A DNA stretch of 64,000 nt from IMG/VR virus record IMGVR_UViG_3300009506_000004, positions 65,440 through 129,439 of that record; one strand, written 5' to 3'. Position numbers and translations under genes: made by a program. Positions 40,958 to 51,294 of the stretch are shown here, piece by piece (the first letter of the stretch is position 1; each line of letters opens with the position of its first letter). The notes beneath the pieces were generated by a model. It was not told the origin of the DNA, searched no databases, and was given only the letters and a program-made list of their open reading frames with translations. Source of the stretch: a virus.

Positions 40958-41497
40958 TTAATCAATTTCACAATCCTTATCTAAGTCTCCACAAGTAACT
41001 TCTGGAAAAGATTCTGATTCTTTATAACTAATAGTTCCTAAACCAATAACTTTTATTGATTTATTTAATCTATTTATTTCGGATTCGGATTCGGATTCGG
41101 GTTCGGATTCGGGTTCGGATTCGGATTCGGGTTCGGATTCGGATTCGGGTTCGGGTTCGGGTTCGGGTTCGGGTTCGGGTTCGGGTTCGGGTTCGGGTTC
41201 GGGTTCGGGTTCTGGCTTAGATGATGGTACTGTATGAATGGCACCATCATAAGTAACCCATGCTCCTCTACCACTATCTAAATCTTTTTCCCATGTCCAA
41301 TTTACACCCAACATATTTCTGCCGCTATCTAAAGCACAAACAATAATTCTAGGAAATGTAGAACAATCCGGTACATTTATATAATCAATTGCTTGAGTAG
41401 CATTGATTATAGTATTATCATATGCAAATAAAATTTTAATCAACCCAAAATGATTCAAAAGTACAGGAGGGGGAATAAGCCTCATATTATACCTCAC
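40958..41497 (-). CDS. Protein with a long (EP)n/(ES)n linker
   Basis: 179-aa ORF in the operon, upstream of terL. Confidence 0.65.
   Translation of the reverse strand: MRYNMRLIPPPVLLNHFGLIKILFAYDNTIINATQAIDYINVPDCSTFPRIIVCALDSGRNMLGVNWTWEKDLDSGRGAWVTYDGAIHTVPSSKPEPEPEPEPEPEPEPEPEPEPEPESESEPESESEPESEPESESESEINRLNKSIKVIGLGTISYKESESFPEVTCGDLDKDCEID
41078..41212 (+). repeat. Hexamer tandem repeat TTCGG(G/A), about 22 copies
   Basis: Directly visible; encodes the EP/ES tract on the minus strand. Confidence 0.9.
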
Positions 41498-41738
41498 TTA
41501 TTTTTTCAATACGTTTTTGTAAATCTTTTAAAAGTAACAATGGTTTTCCAGGAATTTTTAATTTAGAAAATCTTTCTATAATAGAAATATAAATATCTAG
41601 GCCATTCACTACTGTGTCCCATAAATTACTATATTCTTCTATAGGGTGTAATTCTATTATATGTGTAGGAGGTATAAATTTAGGTTTTGTATGATTTAGC
41701 TTTGGTCCACGTTCATTTAGTGGATCTTTGCGTACCAT
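41487..41738 (-). CDS. Hypothetical protein
   Basis: 83-aa ORF coupled to its neighbours. Confidence 0.55.
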   Translation of the reverse strand: MVRKDPLNERGPKLNHTKPKFIPPTHIIELHPIEEYSNLWDTVVNGLDIYISIIERFSKLKIPGKPLLLLKDLQKRIEKISEV

Positions 41739-41937
41739 TACTTACCTTTACCGCCTTTTCTTCCACCCTTTTTTCCGCCACATTTATTTATTTTCATTTT
41801 TTCCTCTTAATTCTGAAAATTTAGATAAAATATTAATAAACATATTTTTAGGTTTTTCACTTTTGACTTTTTTAGTATTATTAGTAAAAGTTGGCCGCCC
41901 TAAACAACATGCTGAAATTTTTATTACTTTTGACATT

Positions 41938-42111
41938 TTACAGATGAGGCTTCCTACCTGTTTGGTATGATCTTGCTAGTTCTTGATTTATTGCTCTTTG
42001 TTTAGCTTTCTTTCTTGAAGCTTCATTTCCTGGAGTATAGGCATAAGCTTTTCCATGCTTACCTGTTTTATAAGCAGGTTTTCCATTTACAGTTGTTCTA
42101 ATAATAGGCAT
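41938..42111 (-). CDS. Small basic protein (57 aa)
   Basis: MPIIRTTVNGKPAYKTGKHGKAYAYTPGNEASRKKAKQRAINQ...; GGTGA RBS; below the ORF-track cutoff. Confidence 0.6.
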   Translation of the reverse strand: MPIIRTTVNGKPAYKTGKHGKAYAYTPGNEASRKKAKQRAINQELARSYQTGRKPHL

Positions 42112-42240
42112 TTTATCACCAAAATAGGTAGCGATTTTTATCTACTAAAGTTTAAAACTATTAGTAGATAAAAATCTTGTTGATTTAATTTGCGCCCTCG
42201 GGCTCTTATTAATATTAAATCAAATTTCTACCTTTATAAA

Positions 42241-43101
42241 TTACGGTGCTTCAATGAATACAGCTTCTTCTAATATCTTTATTAAATAAGGGAAATCCTT
42301 TTGGGAAGCTGCATTTCTTTCAAATTTTACACCAATATCTTCAATTCTAATTGTAGAAAAATCTTCAGGCATTGGTTCACTTTCTACCATAGCCCAATAA
42401 ACACCAGCTTCTTTAGCCCATCGTACCATTCTCCTTACAGGGACGATAAGATTAAATTGTTCACCAGCGCCACGAACTAGCATCCCGACATATTTACCGT
42501 CTTTTAAATAAACTCCACCACCAGACGATCCAGGAAATGCAGTAACAGTAGTTTGGTCATAAACTATTTGGTCAATTAAACGTCCATGCTGAGAAATAAC
42601 ACCAGATGTTATAGAATTAGAACCCATTTCTCCTAAAAGAGAGCCACAATGCCATAGATCACTTCCGATACTAGGAGGCTTTTCTTCAAGATAAAATTGA
42701 ACACTACCTTTTGTTACAAAATTCTTAGAACGAATTTTAAGTAAAGCTAAATCTTCCTTTTCAGAATATTTTATAACTAAAGCATTCCATTCAGTTTTAC
42801 CAACTGTACGACCATCTTCTATAATATGCTTAATGACCATAGCATCCTTAAATTCAACTACAGTTCTTCGGGTACCTGTAGCAGGGTCAGTTACTTGCTT
42901 TTCAAATCGTAATCCATCAACTACGTGACCAGCTGTCCAAACGAATGTTTTACCATCACGTTGATAAAGAACACCACTCCCTTGACTCATACCAGCTCCA
43001 ATTGTTACTGAAATATCTTGAAGATATTCAGCAGTCTCATTAGCTAAGCAAGCAGTGGCAAAAAATAACATTAAAAATAAAGCTGTTAACTTTGTCTTCA
43101 T
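42241..43101 (-). CDS. Secreted trypsin-like (S1) serine protease
   Basis: Signal peptide; TAGHV, DLALL and GSSGG catalytic triad motifs. Confidence 0.9.
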   Translation of the reverse strand: MKTKLTALFLMLFFATACLANETAEYLQDISVTIGAGMSQGSGVLYQRDGKTFVWTAGHVVDGLRFEKQVTDPATGTRRTVVEFKDAMVIKHIIEDGRTVGKTEWNALVIKYSEKEDLALLKIRSKNFVTKGSVQFYLEEKPPSIGSDLWHCGSLLGEMGSNSITSGVISQHGRLIDQIVYDQTTVTAFPGSSGGGVYLKDGKYVGMLVRGAGEQFNLIVPVRRMVRWAKEAGVYWAMVESEPMPEDFSTIRIEDIGVKFERNAASQKDFPYLIKILEEAVFIEAP

Positions 43102-43400
43102 ATTGACCTTTCTTTTTTACAATCATTGATTCCCTTCATTTTCAAAAGTTGTTCTTTTGTTTGGAAACCAACAAATCTTGAAATTTCTTTTTTCTTAACA
43201 TAAATTATTGTTGTGGGAATAGCTGAACATTTAAATTCTTCAAATAATGGGTCAGATGGTAAGTATTTTTTTATTCGATGTGTCTTGCTAACATCATTAA
43301 TTATTGGCTCATATCGCTTGCAAGGTACACAAGTAGAAGGATCAGTAAACACTAGAATAGTATTATCTGGTGGACCATTATCAAAGAATAAATAATCCAT
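43098..43400 (-). CDS. Thioredoxin-like protein
   Basis: CVPC active site, cis-Pro motif AIPT, RFVG. Confidence 0.8.
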   Translation of the reverse strand: MDYLFFDNGPPDNTILVFTDPSTCVPCKRYEPIINDVSKTHRIKKYLPSDPLFEEFKCSAIPTTIIYVKKKEISRFVGFQTKEQLLKMKGINDCKKERSI

Positions 43401-43403
43401 AAC

Positions 43404-44357
43404 TCACCATGAAAAATCTAAATCATCAGTCTTAAAACCAGACCCAATTAATGCAAATGCATCATTTTGTTTGCACATTTTTGTTACAATATTAGCATCA
43501 ACCCATCCCACAAATCCGGCTATATTCATTGGCATTGACTTAGGCCAACGATTTTCTGGATTAGGTGTAGAATTTGGACCCCAACTTTGTGCTATTAAGG
43601 CACCCGGCTTATCAAACCTTACACCAATCCAAACCATAAGATGATACCAAATTCCACTTGGTGTCCAAAAGCCGTCCTTATTAAGTTTCATATCCCCAAA
43701 ACCTTGGCTACTACCTACAATTACTGGTACTTGTAGCCCAGATATAGCTTTAGCAACATCATCAAAATCATTACATTGAGAATATTCTTTAACTGGGTGC
43801 TCTTTTGCTAATTGGTCCATTTTTCCTTGGTCATTTTGTCCGCCATTTCCAAATGCACCCCAAGATTTAGCCTTATTGCCAGAGTATATTCTCAAATCAT
43901 CATCAGATTGGCCAGTGATTTCAGAATAATTTTTTCTTAAAAGTACTCCCCAATCTCTAACCCATTTAGCAGCAGCCGCACCATAAGAACCGTCTTGGTA
44001 ACCACCATAAGCTTTAGCACCATCGCCCGGATATCCTCGTGCCTCTACACGTGAGCCACCATATATTGGTTCTGTAGCTACTTCTTCTGGGCACATTTCA
44101 TCATCACCAGAACGGTAAGCAGCTTTGTCATTCAAAATTGTACAAGCTAATTCTGTTCCCCAGCTAACACAATCACCAATTGCTTGATTACCTCGCTGAT
44201 AATTTGGTCTCCTAGAAATCAAATAATTATAGAGAAAAGTATCTTTTTCTTTAAATTCTTGATCACCCCAAGCAACTGAAAAGACAGGGTGTTCACTAGC
44301 TAATAAACACTTTTCAATGCCAGGATAATGTGGAACCCATCCAAAATTATTACTCAT
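43404..44357 (-). CDS. Papain-like (C1) cysteine protease
   Basis: NQAIGDCVSW (oxyanion Gln and catalytic Cys), WYHLM (His), QSWG. Confidence 0.8.
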   Translation of the reverse strand: MSNNFGWVPHYPGIEKCLLASEHPVFSVAWGDQEFKEKDTFLYNYLISRRPNYQRGNQAIGDCVSWGTELACTILNDKAAYRSGDDEMCPEEVATEPIYGGSRVEARGYPGDGAKAYGGYQDGSYGAAAAKWVRDWGVLLRKNYSEITGQSDDDLRIYSGNKAKSWGAFGNGGQNDQGKMDQLAKEHPVKEYSQCNDFDDVAKAISGLQVPVIVGSSQGFGDMKLNKDGFWTPSGIWYHLMVWIGVRFDKPGALIAQSWGPNSTPNPENRWPKSMPMNIAGFVGWVDANIVTKMCKQNDAFALIGSGFKTDDLDFSW

Positions 44358-44366
44358 ATATGTTTC

Positions 44367-44609
44367 CTACGCGAAGAAAGCCATTATAGCGGCGATAAAT
44401 GCAAGAATTTCCTCTTGATGAGCCAAAATCCATTCAAGCCAATCAGTAAATGATCCCTTTTTACCGTTTGCTTCACACCACTCATTAAACATATCGTCCA
44501 ATGAATCAGAGACAAAAGCCCTAGCTTTTCTATTACGAAAACACTCATTGGCTTTACTATCTGGATGCTGTAAAGCTAAAAATCTAAGTCCTAAAGCTGT
44601 TCTTAACAT
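44367..44609 (-). CDS. Small protein with an amphipathic/hydrophobic C-terminus
   Basis: FTDWLEWILAHQEEILAFIAAIMAFFA. Confidence 0.6.
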   Translation of the reverse strand: MLRTALGLRFLALQHPDSKANECFRNRKARAFVSDSLDDMFNEWCEANGKKGSFTDWLEWILAHQEEILAFIAAIMAFFA

Positions 44610-44620
44610 ATTATTTTCCT

Positions 44621-45316
44621 TTACATAAAATTATTGCTGTAATCTAATAAACCTTGTGCAATTGCTAAATAAGCACTGCGAAGAGTTTGGATATTTTTTA
44701 ATTCACTTTCATGTTCTTCCATTACCACTGCAATTTCTCTGCCCCATGGTAACCAATCTTCATAATTTTCCCCTAAAGCTTCTTTTAAATTAGATTTTAC
44801 AGAGAAAATTAAATCTTGTGGTTCAATAATCCTTGGATCTAATCCAGTTTTAATAGCTTCTGCCATTTTAGGTGCTAAATTACGATATTCTTCTGGTACT
44901 TTTGATACAGATGCTTTTGCTATCTCGCGCAAATTAAAAATATCTGGGTTAGGTGGATCGGGTGGATCGGGTGGATCGGGTGGATTGGGTGGATCGGGTG
45001 GATCGGGTGGATCGGGTGGATTTCCTACATCAATATTAAATCGTATGACTTTAAAACTAGCATCAGCATTAATAATTAAAACTAAGCCATTAATAGTCCT
45101 TGGTTTAAGGCCAGCCCCTAGAACAAGTACATGTCCATTTTCAAAAATATCAAATCGTTCTTTTTCATCATATATCACCCAGTAAACAATTGATTCTGTA
45201 TCTATACTTGCTACAATATAGTCACCTGGGCTTATCTTTTCTGGGTATATTTTAATTTCTTGTCCATAAGTAAATGAACTAAATAGTAATAGTAATGGAC
45301 ATAAATATTTGAACAT
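44621..45316 (-). CDS. Secreted two-domain protein with a (PDP)n linker
   Basis: Signal peptide; 9-bp GGTGGATCG repeat at about 44947-45020. Confidence 0.7.
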   Translation of the reverse strand: MFKYLCPLLLLFSSFTYGQEIKIYPEKISPGDYIVASIDTESIVYWVIYDEKERFDIFENGHVLVLGAGLKPRTINGLVLIINADASFKVIRFNIDVGNPPDPPDPPDPPNPPDPPDPPDPPNPDIFNLREIAKASVSKVPEEYRNLAPKMAEAIKTGLDPRIIEPQDLIFSVKSNLKEALGENYEDWLPWGREIAVVMEEHESELKNIQTLRSAYLAIAQGLLDYSNNFM

Positions 45317-45319
45317 AAA

Positions 45320-45502
45320 TTAACCTTTCTTCTTTCGTAAACCAGAGAGGGTCTTTGCTAAATTACATTGCTTAGTTGACTGAGCAGATAAATTACTACC
45401 AGAACAATATTCACTAATACTCTTATTGGCAGCTTTTGCTTTCTTTGTTAATGCTCCGGGTCTTTTAATAGCTTCTTGTATCCATTTTCTTTTCTTTGCC
45501 AT
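45320..45502 (-). CDS. Small basic virion-associated protein
   Basis: KWIQEAIKRPGAL...LAKTL pattern. Confidence 0.6.
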   Translation of the reverse strand: MAKKRKWIQEAIKRPGALTKKAKAANKSISEYCSGSNLSAQSTKQCNLAKTLSGLRKKKG

Positions 45503-45503
45503 C

Positions 45504-45716
45504 TTATTTTTCTCCCGATGTTATTACACCAGTAATAGGCTCTTTAGTTATTAATCTTAAAATTATATTTAGCACACCAATAACTGTGCCACCAATAGCT
45601 ACAACACTTGGATTATTTACAAATAAATCACTGTTAATTAAATAAGTACAAATAGCTACAATAGCAGTAATTAAATTAACCCAAAATACCTTAGATTTTA
45701 ATAAACTTTTACCCAT
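45504..45716 (-). CDS. Holin-like protein (two TM helices)
   Basis: KSLLKSKVFWVN...NIILRLITKEPI. Confidence 0.7.
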   Translation of the reverse strand: MGKSLLKSKVFWVNLITAIVAICTYLINSDLFVNNPSVVAIGGTVIGVLNIILRLITKEPITGVITSGEK

Positions 45717-45717
45717 A

Positions 45718-46269
45718 TTAATTTTCTTCTTGTCTACCAGCTGTTTCTAAGGCACCAAAAACTCTTTCGCATATTCTATCAATTATTTGATCCCTATCTT
45801 TAACATCATTTAGCTCATCCTTCAAAATTAAAGCAAGTTCTTTGGCAAAAACTCTTAATTGATCTTTTCCAAGAACTAAACCTAATTGCTGCTGTAATTT
45901 CTGCAAAGAAATTGACATTGATTCCAGCCGTAAAATCAATCCTTGCACATCCTTAATTGCTGCTATTTCTTCTGAAAAAGTTTTAGCTAAATTTAAACGA
46001 CGTTCTAATAAAGCTCTAGTTAATTGAATATCTTCTCTTAAATCTAAATAATTTTGGTCTTTTAACCTTCTCTGAAAGCTAGCATTTATTTCTTTATTCT
46101 GAATAAAATAGGAATATAATTCTTTTTTTTCTTCATTTCTACTAGCAGTACCATGACTATGAAAATCACAATATTTACTAGCACCTACAGCTAAATAACG
46201 ACATTGACCATCATTAGTTATACCTTGGCAACGGTTTGGGTCTCCTGGAGTACATCTTTCATCTTTCAT
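45718..46269 (-). CDS. Terminase small subunit-like protein
   Basis: First gene of the packaging operon; N-terminal C..C..C..H motif and helical DLREDIQLTRALL. Confidence 0.55.
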   Translation of the reverse strand: MKDERCTPGDPNRCQGITNDGQCRYLAVGASKYCDFHSHGTASRNEEKKELYSYFIQNKEINASFQRRLKDQNYLDLREDIQLTRALLERRLNLAKTFSEEIAAIKDVQGLILRLESMSISLQKLQQQLGLVLGKDQLRVFAKELALILKDELNDVKDRDQIIDRICERVFGALETAGRQEEN

Positions 46270-46378
46270 GCTACTTCCTCCGTATAAATATTTTTACCCC
46301 TATAATACTCTATAGACTCAAAATTAGCACTTTGTAGACGCGGCAACAATAAATTTTCTCAAAATTTTAATAAAATTA

Positions 46379-46406
46379 TTGACTTTTTGACTGAATATGG
46401 TATAAT
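46379..46406 (+). promoter_or_regulatory. Sigma70-type promoter of the accessory operon
   Basis: TTGACT-N16-TATAAT with TG upstream of the -10. Confidence 0.7.
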
Positions 46407-46417
46407 TTAATAGAATT

Positions 46418-46900
46418 TTGCTATATAATTTAATGACATGGATGAATAATATGGATACAAAAGCCAATATAATGGCTATTTTTAAAAATGTCCCCCGATT
46501 GGGGGATAGCTGGAAATATATACCATTATCGAATTTACCTATTAATACAAAAATAATAATTGTATTAAAAGACACCCCCTTTGTTGAAAATGAAGAAAAC
46601 TTAATTTTGATTCCAAGTGGAAGATACGAATTAACTGTAAAAATATGGCCAACCGTTTTATTTAGTCCTTATAAAAACAAGTCTATACTTATAAAACCAT
46701 ATTTTCGCATATTAGCACCAACTGCACCATTAGTAGCTAACTTTGATAAAAAATTAGTAACATATAAATTGACAACTGCTCCCGTATATTCTATAATTGT
46801 AGAAGGCACTAATATTAGACTTAATGCAAATGATAAACCTAAACAAAAACGAAAATTTAAGAGATATGGCTATAGACCATTAATAAGGAGAAAATTTTGA
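46418..46900 (+). CDS. Hypothetical protein (start probably at 46451)
   Basis: First ORF after the promoter; overlaps the next start. Confidence 0.6.
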   Translation: MLYNLMTWMNNMDTKANIMAIFKNVPRLGDSWKYIPLSNLPINTKIIIVLKDTPFVENEENLILIPSGRYELTVKIWPTVLFSPYKNKSILIKPYFRILAPTAPLVANFDKKLVTYKLTTAPVYSIIVEGTNIRLNANDKPKQKRKFKRYGYRPLIRRKF

Positions 46901-47409
46901 ATTTTATAAAACATTTAATAGATGCTTATGACCTAGCAAGAATGAGCCCTGATCCATCAAATCAATGTGGTGCAGTTCTCTTAAAAAGAAGAAAAAATGG
47001 AAGTTTATACCAAATAGCTGAAGGTTACAACCATTTCTATGATGGAATAGAACCAGAAGTAAGTGATCGTAATAAAAAACTCCAACGAATAGAACATGCT
47101 GAACGCGATTGTATTTATTATGCAACTAAATATGGACGCACTACAATGGGGGGAATTTTAGTTTGCCCATGGGTAGCTTGCTATGATTGTGCCAGAGCTA
47201 TTATCGGTAGTAGAATTGATATAGTAGTCTATCATCATGAACGATATCAATTAACCCCAGAACGATGGTTAGATTCAATAAATGAAAGTCTTAATTGGAT
47301 GAGAAATTCTGGAATTTTATTATTAGGAGTTAAAGGTCCAATCAATGCAGAACCTATTTTAGTGAATGGTCAACTTTGGTCACCTAAGGATTTAAAATTT
47401 ATGGAATAA
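46897..47409 (+). CDS. dCMP deaminase family protein
   Basis: SPDPSNQCGA, GYN, HAE and CYDCARAI zinc motifs. Confidence 0.9.
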   Translation: MNFIKHLIDAYDLARMSPDPSNQCGAVLLKRRKNGSLYQIAEGYNHFYDGIEPEVSDRNKKLQRIEHAERDCIYYATKYGRTTMGGILVCPWVACYDCARAIIGSRIDIVVYHHERYQLTPERWLDSINESLNWMRNSGILLLGVKGPINAEPILVNGQLWSPKDLKFME

Positions 47410-47412
47410 ATA

Positions 47413-48281
47413 ATGAACATACAAAAAGAAATCGAATTACTAAAAGACAAAAATATCCCCGTTTTTCATGATAATTTTGATATTGTAGTGTGTTTGCGGA
47501 GTATAATGAATCAAATAATTAATTGCTTTGCAACAACTAATCAACAAAATACGGTTAAGCTTTTACTTAGAATGATGGCACATTCACAATATTATTTTAA
47601 TTATTATAAAATGGCAACTATTGTTAAAAGAAGAAAAACTAGATCTCTTGGAGAAGCTATTTTGTTTGCTGACCAAGCTATTAAAAGAGCAGAAGAAGCT
47701 ATAGTCCGTGAAGGCAGAGGGGATGCTAAGTCTCATATAATGACACTTCAAGGCATATTGTTAGGGGCTATAGAACAATTTGAAAAAGAAAGCTAAGAAA
47801 CTTGTAATAAAACGGCTTATAGAAAAACCAGCTGACTTTAATGGTGATGATTTTGAATCAGGTCATTGGATTATAGATAGAAATAATTCTATAATTTATA
47901 TAGGTCCATATGATACTAGAGCAGAGGCAAAAGAAGACTTAATAGGTTTAGAAAGATTTTGGAATGAAGACTGATTTAATTGCTGCTGAAAAATTCTTAG
48001 AAAAAGCTTCAATAGACCTAAAACTTAATTTACCAATAGAAGAAATAAAAAAATTAGCTGATTATATGGTTGAAAAAATTGTTAATGAACAAACAATAAA
48101 ACAAAGAATATGTAGCATAGAAACTTGCCTAAAAGATTTAGAAAGAGAAAAAATAGTATTATTACAAGAAAAAGAAAATTTACAAAAATCTTGCCCGCAT
48201 TTAACAACTAATAATTTAACAGATAATGGTGAAGGTGTTTGTTATTCTTGTGGTTTAAAAATTACGGAGACAAAAACATGA
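47413..48281 (+). CDS. Three small hypothetical genes (47413-47796, 47780-47974, 47964-48281)
   Basis: Overlapping co-oriented ORFs; GPYDTRAEA motif in the second, CPH..CYSCG in the third. Confidence 0.55.
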
Positions 48282-48350
48282 TTTTAATTAGCCCACCAAT
48301 TGATATTCTTATTGGTTCTTGTCTTGGCCTATTAGTTTGGGAGATATATA

Positions 48351-48869
48351 ATGTATTGTTCAATAGATATTGAGACAACCGGGTTAGATCCAAATAAACA
48401 TCAAATTTTAGAATTTGCTGCTGTATTATGGACCTGTGATGATATTATGCAATGCCCATATTTCTATAATATTATAATACCAAAAGGTGATATTATAGGG
48501 GAACCATATGCATTAATTATGAATATGCGTATTTTAAAAGCTATTATAGCTGGGAATGGGGTATCATTAGTACAAAATTTTGGAGATTTTACACATTGGT
48601 TGGAATATAATGGTATAAACCCGCATAAAAAAGCTTATGTTATTGGTAAAAACTTTGGAAATTTTGACCTCCAGTTTTTGAATAAAATCCCAGATTGGCC
48701 TGGAAGTTATTTCCATCATAGGATTTTAGATGTAGGTTCATTATACGCAACACGTGATGGTATACCTAGTACTGATTATCTCCCAAAACCACCTATAACT
48801 GAAGAGCCACATTACGCATTACATGATGCTAGATTAGACCTTTTTGCTGTTATGAAGAAATTAAAATGA
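48351..48869 (+). CDS. DEDDh exonuclease
   Basis: SIDIETTG, GKNFGNFD and HYALHDA motifs. Confidence 0.88.
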   Translation: MYCSIDIETTGLDPNKHQILEFAAVLWTCDDIMQCPYFYNIIIPKGDIIGEPYALIMNMRILKAIIAGNGVSLVQNFGDFTHWLEYNGINPHKKAYVIGKNFGNFDLQFLNKIPDWPGSYFHHRILDVGSLYATRDGIPSTDYLPKPPITEEPHYALHDARLDLFAVMKKLK

Positions 48870-49453
48870 TAGTTATACTTTTAGTCCTTATAATTTGTTC
48901 TACTACTTATGCAACTCCTCCCTTGTATGCTGTTAGAATTTGTTGTTATGATAATGATGATGCTATAATAGATAGTTGTGGTAGTGGTTCTCTCATAAAT
49001 AAAGAATATGTGATAACAAACCACCATGTAATAAAGGATGCAAGACTTGTAAGAGTTTTATTTAAAGATTGGCAATACGTCCCTGGAAGAATCGTTAAAA
49101 AAGATGCAAAAGTTGATTTGGCTTTAATTAAAATTCCAGAACAATCCAGAACTACTATTAGTTTTGCACCAAAGACAAGTAAAGGTGATATAGTTACATT
49201 ATTTGGATATGGACAAGGTTTACCGGGAAAAGGAGTAGGTATTATAAATAGTTTTGTACGTCGTACACAAAATGGACCATTAATAAATATGGAAATTGAT
49301 GGTTATGCAGTACGCTCTGGAGATTCTGGTGGCCCCGTAATAGATAGTAAAGGTAGACTATCTGGTGTTATTTTTGGTGCTACTAAAGATGAAAGTTATG
49401 CTGTTCGTATTGAAACTGTCAAATCTTTTATAAAAGGATATATTGATGATTAA
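48866..49453 (+). CDS. Secreted trypsin-like serine protease
   Basis: Signal peptide; TNHHV, DLAL and GDSGG motifs. Confidence 0.9.
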   Translation: MIVILLVLIICSTTYATPPLYAVRICCYDNDDAIIDSCGSGSLINKEYVITNHHVIKDARLVRVLFKDWQYVPGRIVKKDAKVDLALIKIPEQSRTTISFAPKTSKGDIVTLFGYGQGLPGKGVGIINSFVRRTQNGPLINMEIDGYAVRSGDSGGPVIDSKGRLSGVIFGATKDESYAVRIETVKSFIKGYIDD

Positions 49454-49784
49454 TTGGACACCAATTTTAATCGAGCTATCCAATTTGACAAAAAATCATT
49501 TAAAAGGTAAACTTGTAGGAGACGGAGAAGGAATACAGCGAAGATATGATGTACTATTAAAACCAGATTTTATTTACCAAGATGGTATTGGTTCATATTT
49601 ATGGTGTAATTATTTATATAACTTAATAGAAAGAGCACTAGAAGAAGCAAAACATCCATTAAGCTTACCAAAAACAGTGCTATTAACACCTGTTATTGCT
49701 TATGTTGAAATACCATATTTAAGAATTGCTGTTCATAATGAAAAAAAGAAAGGTATGATGCTTGGCATTGAAACTGTATCATGA
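49443..49784 (+). CDS. Possible miniature capsid-fold paralog
   Basis: Weak by-eye match to the capsid C-terminus (PLSLP vs PLARP; LRIAVH..GMMLGIETV vs MRATMQ..GTKVVLDLL). Confidence 0.35.
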   Translation: MMINWTPILIELSNLTKNHLKGKLVGDGEGIQRRYDVLLKPDFIYQDGIGSYLWCNYLYNLIERALEEAKHPLSLPKTVLLTPVIAYVEIPYLRIAVHNEKKKGMMLGIETVS

Positions 49785-50095
49785 AAGAATTATTAACTGA
49801 ATTAGTTAGACGTATTATAGAATATATGGATGGGTCTCCAGTCGGCAACATGGGATCTTTAAATTCCATTAAGGTATCTTTTAAAAAAGATTTATTGATA
49901 GAAGATATATGGCTTCATCATATACTCCCAGTAATAGTAGATTTACAAATGTATTCTAAAGGAAAGTATATGTCTGCTCCACCTATGGATATTGAAAGTG
50001 ATTTTCTTAAGAAAACACCAAATCTATCCATTAAAATATCAGAAGATACAGTTTTTTCTGAAAAATATATATTAGAGTTTAGGAGTATTTTTTAA
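49781..50095 (+). CDS. Miniature capsid-fold paralog (putative)
   Basis: LNSIKVSF..IEDIWLHHILPVIVDL vs capsid LNQHMYAGF..LQDLIQVHLVPGMKAM. Confidence 0.45.
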   Translation: MKELLTELVRRIIEYMDGSPVGNMGSLNSIKVSFKKDLLIEDIWLHHILPVIVDLQMYSKGKYMSAPPMDIESDFLKKTPNLSIKISEDTVFSEKYILEFRSIF

Positions 50096-51052
50096 TGGTA
50101 AATATTTGGTGTGCTATCATATTAGCAGTGGGTATGTTTGGTATCGGAAATGGTTTAGTTCGTATTGCTGAATCATTAGAGCATATAAGAATCGTTTTTC
50201 CAAAATCTAAATTTACTTTTATGGTTTCTAAACAGAAAGATGAGGTAACAGGTGAAATCAATACACTATTGTTCTGAGTCAATCACACATATTGATGATT
50301 TAGATAAGATTTTGCGTCTTAAATGGTTTGGTTTTAGATTTAAACTTACACCTATTGATGATGATTATTGTAAAATAACAATTATATTTGATCCGAGAAA
50401 TTAATAAAATGAAACTTTTTAATGTATTATTAAATTATGAGTTACCTATAGATTTAAGTTTAGTTAATGCAGGTTTATTAGTTGACCTTAATTTAGTTGG
50501 AAATCTTAGCATAGCATGGGATCCAGATGGGCCAACAATGCTAACATTAACTTACGAAGATTTCAAAACATGTATAATAAACAGACATATTGATAAAGCC
50601 AAAATAAAAGAAGTTTTAGAGGAAAAATATGGAACTAAAATTTTTGGGGAGTATAATTAATGTACATAAGTTTAAATATATTAAATAATGCTGTTGTTGA
50701 GAATCCTGATGGCAGTAAACAATCAGTACAAGGATTACTTAAACTTAATATAAATGTTGACAATATTAATTTTATTATAAAACCACTTGGGCAGCCAGCC
50801 CTTGTTGTATCCAATGGTGTAAATTTTATAGCAACAGATAACATACCAGAAAATATTATTGGATTACATAGATTTCAAATTAAGGAAGGTGGGTTTGTTT
50901 GGCTTAGTCCAAAACATATAGTCTATTATGCAAGCACTGACGAAATAGGAATCTATCTTATAGGTTTTACTGGTGGAAATAGAGTTTCTATTAAGGCAAC
51001 TGGCCAAGAAGTTCATGATATGATTTCTGTAAGTATAATAACAACACCATGA
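50095..51052 (+). CDS. Small hypothetical genes (50095-50277 membrane protein; 50388-50660; 50660-51052 with an internal duplication)
   Basis: Co-oriented ORFs; 50660 contains two FlbD-like IN.D.I / LSPKHI units. Confidence 0.55.
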
Positions 51053-51294
51053 AAAGAAGAAATTTTTTAAAATTAGCGTCATTAGCTCCTTTAGTATTTT
51101 TAACACCATTACCTAAATTAGCACCAAAACCACAAGGAACACTTTGGACTACACACCAATTTGAAGAAAATGTAGTTATTAAAAATGGTGGACCATTAGA
51201 ATGGTGTATAGCAGAACGCTGGGCTGAAGAAAGTTTAAGTATATTAGAAGAAAATATGATAATATCAGAATTAATTCATAGGGATTTTATATGA
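51049..51294 (+). CDS. Tat-signal protein carrying a copy of the major capsid N-terminal segment
   Basis: MKRRNFLK twin-arginine motif; ERWAEESLSILEENMIISELIHRDF vs capsid EVWARESIAVLEENMIMGMLVHRDF (16/25 identical). Confidence 0.85.
   Translation: MKRRNFLKLASLAPLVFLTPLPKLAPKPQGTLWTTHQFEENVVIKNGGPLEWCIAERWAEESLSILEENMIISELIHRDFI

Noticed and set aside
41074-41274. (NP)n ORF
   Set aside because: Alternate-frame reading of the hexamer repeat inside 40958..41497
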